From Alphaproteobacteria bacterium (GTDB taxonomy: Bacteria; Pseudomonadota; Alphaproteobacteria; RF32; CAG-239): a stretch of DNA of 64,000 bases. Made by a program: the position numbers and the translations under genes. Numbering within the stretch: the stretch's first letter is position 1; every line of letters starts with the position of its first letter. The notes under the pieces were generated by a model. The model was not told the origin of the DNA and searched no databases. It worked only from the letters and a program-made list of their open reading frames with translations. The stretch lies in contig CAAFZY010000035.1 in the NCBI GenBank assembly GCA_900767645.1, forward strand, positions 1,130-65,129, written 5' to 3'. Shown piece after piece: positions 50,428 through 60,131 of this stretch.

Positions 50428-53400
50428 ATGAAACATTATGCTGAAGTAAAGGCAAAGCCTGACTTTGTTGAGCTTGAAAAAGAAGTTCTCAAATTTTGGG
50501 AAGAAGATAAAACTTTTGAAAAATCGGTACATAACCGCGACGGCGCCGCCGAATTTGTATTTTATGACGGACCTCCGTTTGCCAACGGCACTCCGCACTA
50601 CGGGCACATTATGGTATCGTATGTTAAAGACGTGGTTGCCCGTTTTCAAACCATGAACGGCAAAAAAGTTGAGCGCCGCCTCGGGTGGGACTGCCACGGC
50701 CTGCCGGCTGAAATGTCGGCTGAAAAGCAATTAGGCGTTTCCGGACGCAAACAAATTGAAGAATACGGCATTGAAAAATTTAACGACTTCTGCCGCTCCG
50801 ACGTGCTTAAATATTCCGGCATTTGGGTTGATATGTTCAAACGCATCGGTCGTTGGGTTGACTTTGCCCATGACTATAAAACCATGGACTTGCCGTTTAT
50901 GGAAAGCGTTATCAACAACTTTAAACAACTTTATGACAAAGGTTTGGTTTATGAAGATTACCGCGTTTTGCCATACTCTTGGGCGGCGGAAACTCCGCTT
51001 TCAAACTTTGAAGTAAATCAAGGTTATCAAGACAAAACCGACAATGCCATCACTGTTATGTTCACGCTTGAAAACGGCATGAAAATGCTGGTTTGGACCA
51101 CCACTCCGTGGACCCTGCCCTCAAACTTAATGCTTGCGGTCGGCAAAGAAATTGATTACGCCGTTATGGAAGAAAACGGTCAAAAATATATTTTGGCGCA
51201 AGCCCTGCTCGGCCGTTACAAAAAGCAGCTGGAGAACGCCGTTCAGGTTGGCACCCTTAAAGGTTCCGAATTGGTCGGCTTAGGCTATGAGCCGATGTTC
51301 CCATACTTTAAGCACCTTAAAGCCAAAGGCGCGTTTAAGGTATTAAGCGGCGAATTTGTTTCAACCGAAGATGGTACCGGCATTGTTCACATCGCCCCCG
51401 GATTTGGTCAGGACGACTTTGACGCCTGCCGCGCCTACGCTGAAGATTTTCCGGTTGTTTGTCCGGTGGACGAGGCCGGTAAATTTACCGCTGAAGTTCC
51501 CGACTATCAGGGCAAGCAAGTGTTTGAAACCAACGAGCCGATTATGCAGCTCTTAAAAGAAAAAGGCTTGCTCGTTAAAAAAGAACAATATACTCACTCT
51601 TACCCGTTCTGTTGGCGCACCGACACTCCGTTAATTTATAAAGCAATGTCGTCATGGTTTGTTAAAGTTACGGATTTCCGCGACGATATGGTTAAAAACA
51701 ATCAGCAAATCAACTGGGTTCCGGAACACATTAAAGACGGACGCTTCGGCAAGTGGCTTGAAGGCGCGCGCGACTGGTCAATTTCACGCAACCGCTTTTG
51801 GGGCACCCCGATTCCGGTTTGGAAATCTGACAATCCGGCCTTTCCGCGCACCGATGTTTTCGGTTCCATTGCCGAAATTAAAGCCAAAACCGGATTTGAT
51901 GTTACCAACTTGCATAAGCCGTATATTGATGAAGTTGTTTACCCCAACCCTGATGATCCATCCGGCAAAACCATGATGCGCCGCGTCGGCGATGTGTTTG
52001 ACTGCTGGTTTGAATCCGGCTCCATGCCTTATGCACAGGTTCATTACCCGTTTGAAAATAAAGAATGGTTTGAAAATCATTTTCCGGCCGACTTTATTGT
52101 TGAAGCCATGGACCAAACCCGCGGTTGGTTTTATACTTTAACCGTGCTTTCAACCGCGCTTCACAATAAACCGGCATTCAAAAACTGCATCTGCACCGGT
52201 CTGTTAATGGCAGAAGGCGGACAAAAGCTGTCCAAACGCTTAAAGAACTATCCTGACCCGAATGAAGTTTTAAACAACATCGGCTCAGAAGCTCTGCGTT
52301 GGTTTTTGGTATCATCACCGGTGTTAAAAGGCGGCAATTTAGCCGTTGACAAAGAAGGGAAAGAAATTGCAAAAGCTTCACGCGCAGCTTTAATTCCGCT
52401 CTGGAACGCTTTCTATTTCTTTACTTTATACGCCAATGCCGAAGAATATAAAGCCAAAGAAATTTTCACCTCAACCGAAGCTATTGACAATTACATTTTA
52501 TCAAAGCTTAAACACTTGCGCAACACTGTTATGCAGGGCATGGAAACTTATAATATTTCTATGGCAACCGATGAAGCAACCTTGTTCATGGAAGTTTTGA
52601 ACAACTGGTATATTCGCCGCACCCGCAATCGTTTTTGGGAAGGTGATGCTTTAGCGTTTGACACCTTATACACGGTTTTGTTAAACTTAAGCAAAATTTT
52701 GGCGCCGCTTATGCCGTTTGTTGCCGAATACATCTTTAAAAACTTAACCGGCGAAGAATCTGTTCATTTAACTGATTTTCCGACCCTTGACAGCATTAAA
52801 TCCGATGAATCCCTGATGGCGGAAATGGACTTTTTGCAAGATTTATGTTCAGCCGGCAAGTTTATCCGTGAAGAAAAGAACTTGCGCAACCGCTTGCCGC
52901 TTGCCTCATTAACTTTGGTCGGCGCAACCTTAAAGCCCGAGTATCAAGAAATTGTTAAAGACGAGCTTAACGTAAAAGAAGTTAAGTTTGACAACAACCT
53001 CGCCGCTTATGCCGATAAAAAGCTTTATCTGTACACTCCGCTGTTGGGTAAAACTTTAGGCAAAGATATGGGCGCGGTTATGGCTGCATATAAGCAAGGC
53101 AATTGGAGCTTAAACAACAACGGAACATTAAGCATTGCCGGTCAAACCCTGAACTCTGATTTATTTGAGGTTCGTCTTGACATGAAGCAGGGAGTCGCCG
53201 GCCGCGCGTTTGCCGATAACAAGGCGGTTGTTACCCTTGACACCAATGTTACCGACCTCTTAAAGCGCGAGGGTATGGCGCGTGACTTTGTCCGCATGGT
53301 GCAAACTTTGCGCAAAGATAAAGATTTCAACATCTCTGACCGCATTGCGCTCTGTTGGAACACAGCCGACCGCGAGTTGGCACAAGCCTTAAACGAAAAC

Positions 53401-53514
53401 AAGGCTTATATTGCCGAACAGGTTTTAGCGGTTAAAATTGATGAAACCTGCCCATCAGGCACCACCGATAACATTGAAGGAAAATCAATTACCTTTGATG
53501 CTAAAGTGGCATAA
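50428..53514 (+). CDS. ileS: Isoleucyl-tRNA synthetase, type 2 (eukaryote-like)
   Basis: 1028 aa. HIGH-type motif PHYGHIM, KMSKS-type KLSKRLKN, CP1 editing domain. No C-terminal Zn-finger extension. Confidence 0.9.
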   Translation: MKHYAEVKAKPDFVELEKEVLKFWEEDKTFEKSVHNRDGAAEFVFYDGPPFANGTPHYGHIMVSYVKDVVARFQTMNGKKVERRLGWDCHGLPAEMSAEKQLGVSGRKQIEEYGIEKFNDFCRSDVLKYSGIWVDMFKRIGRWVDFAHDYKTMDLPFMESVINNFKQLYDKGLVYEDYRVLPYSWAAETPLSNFEVNQGYQDKTDNAITVMFTLENGMKMLVWTTTPWTLPSNLMLAVGKEIDYAVMEENGQKYILAQALLGRYKKQLENAVQVGTLKGSELVGLGYEPMFPYFKHLKAKGAFKVLSGEFVSTEDGTGIVHIAPGFGQDDFDACRAYAEDFPVVCPVDEAGKFTAEVPDYQGKQVFETNEPIMQLLKEKGLLVKKEQYTHSYPFCWRTDTPLIYKAMSSWFVKVTDFRDDMVKNNQQINWVPEHIKDGRFGKWLEGARDWSISRNRFWGTPIPVWKSDNPAFPRTDVFGSIAEIKAKTGFDVTNLHKPYIDEVVYPNPDDPSGKTMMRRVGDVFDCWFESGSMPYAQVHYPFENKEWFENHFPADFIVEAMDQTRGWFYTLTVLSTALHNKPAFKNCICTGLLMAEGGQKLSKRLKNYPDPNEVLNNIGSEALRWFLVSSPVLKGGNLAVDKEGKEIAKASRAALIPLWNAFYFFTLYANAEEYKAKEIFTSTEAIDNYILSKLKHLRNTVMQGMETYNISMATDEATLFMEVLNNWYIRRTRNRFWEGDALAFDTLYTVLLNLSKILAPLMPFVAEYIFKNLTGEESVHLTDFPTLDSIKSDESLMAEMDFLQDLCSAGKFIREEKNLRNRLPLASLTLVGATLKPEYQEIVKDELNVKEVKFDNNLAAYADKKLYLYTPLLGKTLGKDMGAVMAAYKQGNWSLNNNGTLSIAGQTLNSDLFEVRLDMKQGVAGRAFADNKAVVTLDTNVTDLLKREGMARDFVRMVQTLRKDKDFNISDRIALCWNTADRELAQALNENKAYIAEQVLAVKIDETCPSGTTDNIEGKSITFDAKVA

Positions 53515-53534
53515 CGCTTAACAAAAGCTCTGAA

Positions 53535-53566
53535 ATCCGCCTTAAAAAATAAGGCGGATTTTTTGT
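53535..53566 (+). terminator. Rho-independent terminator after ileS
   Basis: AAATCCGCCTTAAAAAATAAGGCGGATTTTTT. Confidence 0.6.
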
Positions 53567-53608
53567 GTAACCCGTTGATTATATTCATCTAAAGTCGCTT
53601 CAAAACGG

Positions 53609-53634
53609 TTGATTTAAACGTACGTTTAAATCAA
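53609..53634. promoter_or_regulatory. Perfect 26-bp palindrome TTGATTTAAACGTACGTTTAAATCAA (operator-like)
   Basis: Exact dyad symmetry. Core AAACGTACGTTT recurs at 53733-53745, ~45 bp upstream of the 53791 start codon. Confidence 0.5.
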
Positions 53635-53732
53635 TTATTTTTTTACCTTTGTGTAAAAATAAACTATAAAGCAAAAACAAATAGTTAAAAAATCCGATTA
53701 TCTATGTTTCCTAATATGTAAAGCGTGAGCAA

Positions 53733-53745
53733 AAACGTACGTTTA
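53733..53745. promoter_or_regulatory. Second AAACGTACGTTT(A) palindromic site
   Basis: Same 12-bp palindromic core as 53615-53628. Confidence 0.45.
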
Positions 53746-53790
53746 TGTACAATAAGTTTGTTTATTTAAACATCGTTTAGGAGAAACATT

Positions 53791-54066
53791 ATGAAAATAT
53801 GGACTATCGCACTTTTAGCTTCCTTAGCTTATTCAACTTCAGCCATGGCATTTTCATTGCCGAAGCTTGATTCCAATCAGGCAAAATTAAACGCCTGCAT
53901 TACGCAAGAAGCTCAGCAAGCTTTAGCTAAAGGCAGTTTGACCAAGGCTAATATTGATAAACAGGCTGAAAAAATTGCCACAACTTGCGCAACCAAATTA
54001 GCTCTTAAAAATGATCCGGCAACCACACAATTGGCGATTACTGTTATTAACGGGCTAATAAAATAA
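53791..54066 (+). CDS. Small secreted protein (91 aa)
   Basis: Signal peptide MKIWTIALLASLAYSTSAMA. AGGAG RBS. Confidence 0.45.
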   Translation: MKIWTIALLASLAYSTSAMAFSLPKLDSNQAKLNACITQEAQQALAKGSLTKANIDKQAEKIATTCATKLALKNDPATTQLAITVINGLIK

Positions 54067-54077
54067 GGATAGATGCC

Positions 54078-55478
54078 ATGAGAAATTTTCCCTGCAAAAC
54101 AGCGTTTGCTTTAGCTGTTTCTATGCTCGTTTGCGGCTGCGGAACAACCAATAAGCTAAAATTTGAGCATTTCACGGAAGAATATAAACAAGGTGAATTT
54201 TGTAAAGCAACCGATACCGTGCTTGATGAAAAGAATGTGTGCAATACTGACATTGAAAAATTTAAACCTGCCGACTTTAATATTGATGAGCAATTAAACG
54301 CCGGAACATCATTGTTTTTAGCGCAAAAACACGAATTATCCGAAAGTCTTTTTGAAAAAGCATCATCTTCAATTCAAGAAGATTTATCCTCTACCGGAAT
54401 AGCCCGTGGCACCGTTGAAGTCGTTGCCAATGCAAGTATGCTTGACTACAATCCGATGATTATGGACGGCATTTATTTGCACTCATACACATTTTTAAAC
54501 GCCTTATCGGCTGAAAATAAAGACGATGCAAAAATTCAAATTAACCGTGCTTATAATTTTCAGCAAAACGCCGTAAACGCGTTCAGTAAAGAAATTGAAA
54601 AAGAAAAAGCCGATGCTGCCAAAGAAGCTTCTCAAATGGAAAAAGATGCCAAAGCGGCTAACGATAAAAACATTTCCGATGTTATGGCCAACTACAAGCA
54701 ATTTGCCAGATGGAAAGGTTATTCCAACTTTGTAAACCCATATGTAACCTACATCAGCGGACTTTACTTTATGACCAACGGAACCGGCAACAGCGACTAT
54801 GAAAACGCCTCTAATTATATGAAACGCGTTCACGGTATGGTAAGTTCCAACACCTTTGTAAAAGACGATTTGGCTATTGCCGAAAAGTTGGCGCAAGGCA
54901 ATCGCAGCGCGCTTAAACCAACCGCATGGGTTGTTTTTGAAAACGGTTTGGTTGCCCGCTTTAAAGAATTCCGACTTGATTTGCCGATTTTTATCGCCAC
55001 CGATAATGTTAAAACCGCATCGTTGGCACTGCCCTATCCTGAGCAGCGTGATGAAGCATTCAAAAACATTGCGGTTTCAAACGGCAAAAAGAAAGTAACG
55101 ACCGAAACTCTTGCTGATATAGATAATATTTTCATTGCCGAATTTCACAAAAAGCTTCCGACCATTGTAGCCAAAGCCGTAACCAAATTAGCCTTGCAAA
55201 CTGCCGCACAAGCGGTTGCGCAAGACCAGTTCGGCGATTTAGGCGGAATTGCCGCCGCGGCATATTCGGTTATGACAGCCGGCGCCGACACTCGCAGTTG
55301 GTACAGTTTGCCTAAAAACGTGCAATTAGCTAAAGTTGCGAAAAACGGCGATAAAATCACCTTATACATCGGCGATAAAAATATTGATGTAAACGTGCCT
55401 GAAAACGGCAACTCTATTGTTTATGTCAGAACGCCGAGCGCGGCAAGCAATCCGGTTGTTGAAGTATTTAATCTGTAA
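54078..55478 (+). CDS. Lipoprotein (466 aa)
   Basis: Signal peptide plus lipobox LVCGC. First gene of a 4-gene lipoprotein operon. Confidence 0.5.
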   Translation: MRNFPCKTAFALAVSMLVCGCGTTNKLKFEHFTEEYKQGEFCKATDTVLDEKNVCNTDIEKFKPADFNIDEQLNAGTSLFLAQKHELSESLFEKASSSIQEDLSSTGIARGTVEVVANASMLDYNPMIMDGIYLHSYTFLNALSAENKDDAKIQINRAYNFQQNAVNAFSKEIEKEKADAAKEASQMEKDAKAANDKNISDVMANYKQFARWKGYSNFVNPYVTYISGLYFMTNGTGNSDYENASNYMKRVHGMVSSNTFVKDDLAIAEKLAQGNRSALKPTAWVVFENGLVARFKEFRLDLPIFIATDNVKTASLALPYPEQRDEAFKNIAVSNGKKKVTTETLADIDNIFIAEFHKKLPTIVAKAVTKLALQTAAQAVAQDQFGDLGGIAAAAYSVMTAGADTRSWYSLPKNVQLAKVAKNGDKITLYIGDKNIDVNVPENGNSIVYVRTPSAASNPVVEVFNL

Positions 55479-55494
55479 CTGAAAGGTCTTAATC

Positions 55495-55872
55495 ATGAAC
55501 AAAATAATTGCTTTTTGCGCAGTATTACTGCTCTTTGCATGTGCTGCTCCGCTTGAATACGACCGCGCTAAATTTTCCATTAATCCCGATGTAAAATTCA
55601 GCGCCATCAATTCAAATTCTAATATCAGAGAACGCGATGGGCAAGTTGTAGCTCAAGTTATGGGCATCAGCGCCAAAAATCAAGCCGTATACTATAAAGT
55701 TGAATGGTTTGACGCTAACGGCATGAATATCAGCAGCTCGTTATCCGCATGGAAAAAAGTAAATTTATTTAAAAACTCTGAATTTATATGGAAAGCTGTT
55801 GCTCCTTCAAAACGAGCCTCTGCTTACCGCATTTACATAACCGATGACATCGGCAATGGCATAATTGAATAA
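55495..55872 (+). CDS. YcfL-like small lipoprotein (DUF1425-like, 125 aa)
   Basis: Lipobox LFACAAP. Size and position upstream of an LpoB-like gene mirror E. coli ycfL-lpoB. Confidence 0.45.
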   Translation: MNKIIAFCAVLLLFACAAPLEYDRAKFSINPDVKFSAINSNSNIRERDGQVVAQVMGISAKNQAVYYKVEWFDANGMNISSSLSAWKKVNLFKNSEFIWKAVAPSKRASAYRIYITDDIGNGIIE

Positions 55873-55883
55873 GGAAAATTAAA

Positions 55884-56477
55884 ATGAAAAACATTGTAAA
55901 ATTTTTTATGATTGCATTTGCAGCATTAACATTAAACGGTTGCGCCTCCGAAACCGTATTAATTGATAACGACAACGACTCAACCTCCCGAGCTGCCGCT
56001 TTGGAAAGCCGTGATTTTGAAAGCGTTTCAAACAAAATGATTGCCGATATGCTTGAAATGGGCACCTTAAACAAACCGAACGGCGGCGTTTATGTGTTGG
56101 TTATTTCCCGCATTGAAAACGACACCATGCAGCGCATTGATGTTGACGAACTTTCTAAATCTATCCGCATTGCCTTAATGAAAAGCGGAAAAGTCCGTGT
56201 TACCACCTTCAATGAAGATTCAATGGTAATGGCCTCAAGCCAACTCCGTAAATCAAAAGAATTTAACCAAGCAAACGTTAGAAAAGCCGGTTCTTTAGCA
56301 GCCCCTGAATTAAGTATGTCGGGCAAAATCACTCAAAAAGAATTAAAAGTTTCCGGCAAAAAACGCATTGAATACCGCTTTTCATTATCAATCACCGATC
56401 TTTCCAACGGTTTAACCTTATGGGAAGGCGAAGAACGCATTACCAAACTTGCCGACAAAAACGCCGCAAGCTGGTAA
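55884..56477 (+). CDS. LpoB-like lipoprotein (penicillin-binding-protein activator family / COG3417-like)
   Basis: Lipobox LNGCAS. Pattern ...VLVISRIENDT...IDVDEL...IR.ALMKSGK..V... Confidence 0.5.
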   Translation: MKNIVKFFMIAFAALTLNGCASETVLIDNDNDSTSRAAALESRDFESVSNKMIADMLEMGTLNKPNGGVYVLVISRIENDTMQRIDVDELSKSIRIALMKSGKVRVTTFNEDSMVMASSQLRKSKEFNQANVRKAGSLAAPELSMSGKITQKELKVSGKKRIEYRFSLSITDLSNGLTLWEGEERITKLADKNAASW

Positions 56478-56495
56478 GCATTAAGGAGTAATAAT

Positions 56496-57647
56496 ATGAA
56501 AAAAATAATTTTAGCATTGTTTTTATTTACGGCAATTAGCGCACAAGCCAAAGAAATTACCGTAACCGCCTACGGCGAAGGCGATGATTATGATTGGGCG
56601 GTACTGAACGCGGTTGAAAACGCCGTGCGGCAAACCTCTGATATTACCGTGGAAGGCAAAGGCTTGCACAAACTTGACGTTGCCGCCACCGCATCAGTCG
56701 ACGCCAACCATTCCGCCGGATATAACAGCAACGATTCACTGAATACTGAAGAAAAAAAGCTCCAAGGCGTTTTGCCGCAAAACAACAGCTTTAACGGCAG
56801 CAAGCAAAACTCGCAACAATTTAATGAAAGCGCCTCGCTTAATGCCATGGTCGGCGTTCGCGACAACTCCAAAAATATTCTTGCCAAATACAAAGGTTCG
56901 GTTTCATCCTATGAGGTATTGGAACAAACCCAAGAAAACGGCAAATACCGAGTTAAAATTAAAGCGACTGTTATCAAAGAAGATGTTTACGATTCGCATG
57001 ATTACAAATCAAAAAATTTAGTTAAAAAATCGGAATATTCTTTGGCGATTATGCCGTTTAAAATTGCGCGCAATGCAAGTTGTTTAGGCAAAAATCTAAG
57101 CAACAGCGACACTAATGCCGTCATAAGCAACTTGTTTATTGAAAAACTGGCGCCAAGCCGCAAATTTAATTTGGTCGACCGTAACAATTTAGACGACTAT
57201 GCCTCTGAAATGGCATTGATTGAAAGCGACATGACTTTACCCGAAAATAAAGTTAAGTTCAAAAATGTGGCCGCCGCTGATTATATTTTGGTCGGATCAG
57301 TTGATAATTTCAGCGCATCCACCCATAAAGAATATATTCCTTTAACCGGTGAAACCAGCTATGAGAGCTATTCTAAAGCAAAAATTTCGTATCGTATTTT
57401 GGAAACTGCCACCATGGAAATTGTTTCTGCCGGTTCATCTGAACAAAAATTCAGCAAAGACGGAGCTTTTTCATCATGCGAAAATGTCAAAGAACTATTG
57501 TTGAAGCGCGCAATTGCCGATGCTGCGGAAAAAATTCTGACCGACGTTTTCCCTGATTATAAACCGGCACACACTTCCTCCTCTAAAAAAGCGGTAAAAC
57601 AATCGGCTCCGGCACAAAATCCCGATTATTCACTGCAATTGTATTAA
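56496..57647 (+). CDS. CsgG-family lipoprotein-like protein (383 aa)
   Basis: Signal peptide. C-terminal half (LAIMPFKIARNAS...NLVDRNNLDDYASEMALIESDMT...DYILVGSVDNFSAS) resembles the CsgG/HfaB fold. Confidence 0.5.
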   Translation: MKKIILALFLFTAISAQAKEITVTAYGEGDDYDWAVLNAVENAVRQTSDITVEGKGLHKLDVAATASVDANHSAGYNSNDSLNTEEKKLQGVLPQNNSFNGSKQNSQQFNESASLNAMVGVRDNSKNILAKYKGSVSSYEVLEQTQENGKYRVKIKATVIKEDVYDSHDYKSKNLVKKSEYSLAIMPFKIARNASCLGKNLSNSDTNAVISNLFIEKLAPSRKFNLVDRNNLDDYASEMALIESDMTLPENKVKFKNVAAADYILVGSVDNFSASTHKEYIPLTGETSYESYSKAKISYRILETATMEIVSAGSSEQKFSKDGAFSSCENVKELLLKRAIADAAEKILTDVFPDYKPAHTSSSKKAVKQSAPAQNPDYSLQLY

Positions 57648-57810
57648 AACGGTCAGATAAAATACTTATCCTCTACCCCCTGAAAAAAACATTTTCAGGG
57701 GTGTTTTTTATTGCAATATTTCTCAACAAAAATACTGGACAAAAAAATAAATACGTGCTAGTATAAGCTCATATATTAAAGATAATCCGTTACAGTTAAG
57801 GAGTTTTATC

Positions 57811-58899
57811 ATGACAGAGAATACCGAATGGACAGATGAATTGAAAAAACAGCTCGATTCCTTAGAAGCTGCCGGCGTTGATATTTCTGATTACAAAGGT
57901 ATCAAAACCAAAGAGGAATATGAGGCCAAAAAAAATGAGCTTACTCGCAAACTTGAAGAAGTTAAAGCTCCTGAAGTTAAAGCTGATGAAGCTAAAAATG
58001 CCGAAAAAACCCCGACCGATAACGATAAACCCCAAAGCTTAGTCGTTGATAATGAAGGCGGCGATAAAACTGATGATTTGCAGTGGATTGAAGAAAAACG
58101 CAAATTCTGGAAAGAATACGCCGAATCAGTTGAAAATACTTTTGAAAATGACGCTAAAAAAGATATTGAAAGCAAAAGTTTTCATTGCTCGCTCACCAAA
58201 GATGAAGATCATGGCGAAGCCACTTACATTTCGCCGACCAACGTGCAAGTCAGCAAAGATTCGCACCTTGTTACGTATCAGGGGTTTGTAAAAGACGCCT
58301 TAAAAAACAATTTAACCATTACATTCGGGCCAAAGCTTGATGGTAAGCAAAAAGCCATGTTGCTCGCCGCTTGTTTAATGGAACAAGGTACTTACGGCAA
58401 CGGCAATAAAGTGGCAATGGTAAACCCGCCCAAAATTGATATGGACGCCGAATATATGAAAGATATACCGGAAGATGCCAAAAAAGTTTTGGAAGGTTAC
58501 GCCAAGGCTAAGCAGCAAGAAGCGCAACAAAAAATTTCCGAACTTAAAAAGCGCTTAAAAGAAAATGACACGACGGAAGGCAAAACTCCCGAAGAGCAAA
58601 AAAACATTATGAAAGAGCGCCGCGAAATTCGTAAAGAGCAGCTTGCCGGCGTCAAAGATTTATTAACGTCTAAGCAAATTGCCACTCACGAACAAAAAGA
58701 AATCGACCGCGAAAAAATTATGGCTGCGCGCTTAGGCATTACCGGCGCTTACACCACCAAAAACGCCAAAGGTGAAGAAAGAGTGGCTAAGGAAGAAGAA
58801 GGTTTGGACAAAGCCAAAGGTTCTGACGGCAAACTACGTATTCCACAATACGTACAAAAGGCTTTGGCCGAAAAATACGGTAAAAATCAAGGCAAATAA
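57811..58899 (+). CDS. Hypothetical coiled-coil, Lys/Glu-rich protein (362 aa)
   Basis: ORF with AGGAG RBS. No signal peptide. Confidence 0.45.
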   Translation: MTENTEWTDELKKQLDSLEAAGVDISDYKGIKTKEEYEAKKNELTRKLEEVKAPEVKADEAKNAEKTPTDNDKPQSLVVDNEGGDKTDDLQWIEEKRKFWKEYAESVENTFENDAKKDIESKSFHCSLTKDEDHGEATYISPTNVQVSKDSHLVTYQGFVKDALKNNLTITFGPKLDGKQKAMLLAACLMEQGTYGNGNKVAMVNPPKIDMDAEYMKDIPEDAKKVLEGYAKAKQQEAQQKISELKKRLKENDTTEGKTPEEQKNIMKERREIRKEQLAGVKDLLTSKQIATHEQKEIDREKIMAARLGITGAYTTKNAKGEERVAKEEEGLDKAKGSDGKLRIPQYVQKALAEKYGKNQGK

Positions 58900-58967
58900 T
58901 TGCTAAATACAAAAGCAAAATCCGCCGATAAATTCGGCGGATTTTTCATATCTTAAACAGTCGGATT

Positions 58968-60122
58968 TTAATCATCGCCGAACGAACTGCGACCTAAGTT
59001 AATATTACGGTTAATATCCATACATAAAATAATGCCGAAACTTGCCATTACCGAAAGCATTACCGTTCCGCCGTATGAAATCAGCGGCAGCGGAATCCCT
59101 ACTACCGGAAGCAACCCCAATACCATGGCAATATTAATAAACACATACATAAAATAGTTGGTATTAAGCCCGATAACCACCAATTTTCCGTAATAACTGG
59201 TAATTCGGAACGCAAACAAATAGCCGTACGCAATAATCACCAAATTAAGCAACACCACCAACACCGCGCCAATCATACCAAATTCTTCCGAAAGCATCGT
59301 AAAAATAAAGTCCGTATGCTTTTCTGGCAAAAAATTTAAGTGACTTTGCGTACCGTTCAAAAATCCTTTGCCGAAAACTCCGCCTGACCCCAGCGCAATT
59401 TTAGATTGGATAATATGATACCCCGCCCCGAGCGGATCACGCTCTGGATTCAAAAAAGTTAAAACGCGGTCTTTTTGATAATCATGCAAAAACTGCCATG
59501 CAATCGGCGCCATTGCAATAGCCGAACCACCGACCAACGCAAATTTCCACCATTGAACGCCCACTACAAAAAAGATAACCATGGTGGTAAACAAAAGCAT
59601 TAAAGCCGTACCCAAATCCGGTTGCAATATGATAAGCGCCGCCGGAAATAAGGCCATTAAAATCGGCGCGACAATGCCTCGCAAACTCTGAATTTTATTT
59701 AATGTGCAACTATGAAAATATTTCGCGAGCACCAACACCATAGTTATCTTCATCAACTCCGATGGTTGCAACTTAAACAGTTTTAAATCAATCCAGCGTT
59801 GCGCTCCCATACCGATATGTCCGCCTATTTCAACTCCGATAAGCAAAAGCAAAACCAAAAAATACGCAACATATGAATATTTCAAATAAATTTTAACGTC
59901 AAGCAAGGCCAAAAACAGCATTAACCCCAACGAAACGCCAAAACGCACCAGCTGTTTTGCCGCCCATGGATTCCAACTGCCGTTAGCTGCCGAATAAAGC
60001 ACCACAATGCCTATAAAGGCAAGCATGGTTATGCACAAAACATATCCCCAGTTAATGCAGTAAAACCGGTCTTTCAGTGATAACTGTTGGCTTTTAAAAC
60101 CCGCCTCATAATATTTATACAT
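58968..60122 (-). CDS. rodA: Peptidoglycan glycosyltransferase RodA (SEDS family)
   Basis: 384 aa, about 10 TM. SEDS motifs. Downstream of PBP2 in the mre operon. Confidence 0.85.
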   Translation of the reverse strand: MYKYYEAGFKSQQLSLKDRFYCINWGYVLCITMLAFIGIVVLYSAANGSWNPWAAKQLVRFGVSLGLMLFLALLDVKIYLKYSYVAYFLVLLLLIGVEIGGHIGMGAQRWIDLKLFKLQPSELMKITMVLVLAKYFHSCTLNKIQSLRGIVAPILMALFPAALIILQPDLGTALMLLFTTMVIFFVVGVQWWKFALVGGSAIAMAPIAWQFLHDYQKDRVLTFLNPERDPLGAGYHIIQSKIALGSGGVFGKGFLNGTQSHLNFLPEKHTDFIFTMLSEEFGMIGAVLVVLLNLVIIAYGYLFAFRITSYYGKLVVIGLNTNYFMYVFINIAMVLGLLPVVGIPLPLISYGGTVMLSVMASFGIILCMDINRNINLGRSSFGDD

Positions 60123-60131
60123 CAGATTGCC

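Noticed and set aside
50413-53588. Multiple ORFs overlapping ileS
   Set aside because: ileS frame supported by HIGH/KMSKS motifs. The others are artefacts of the higher local GC.
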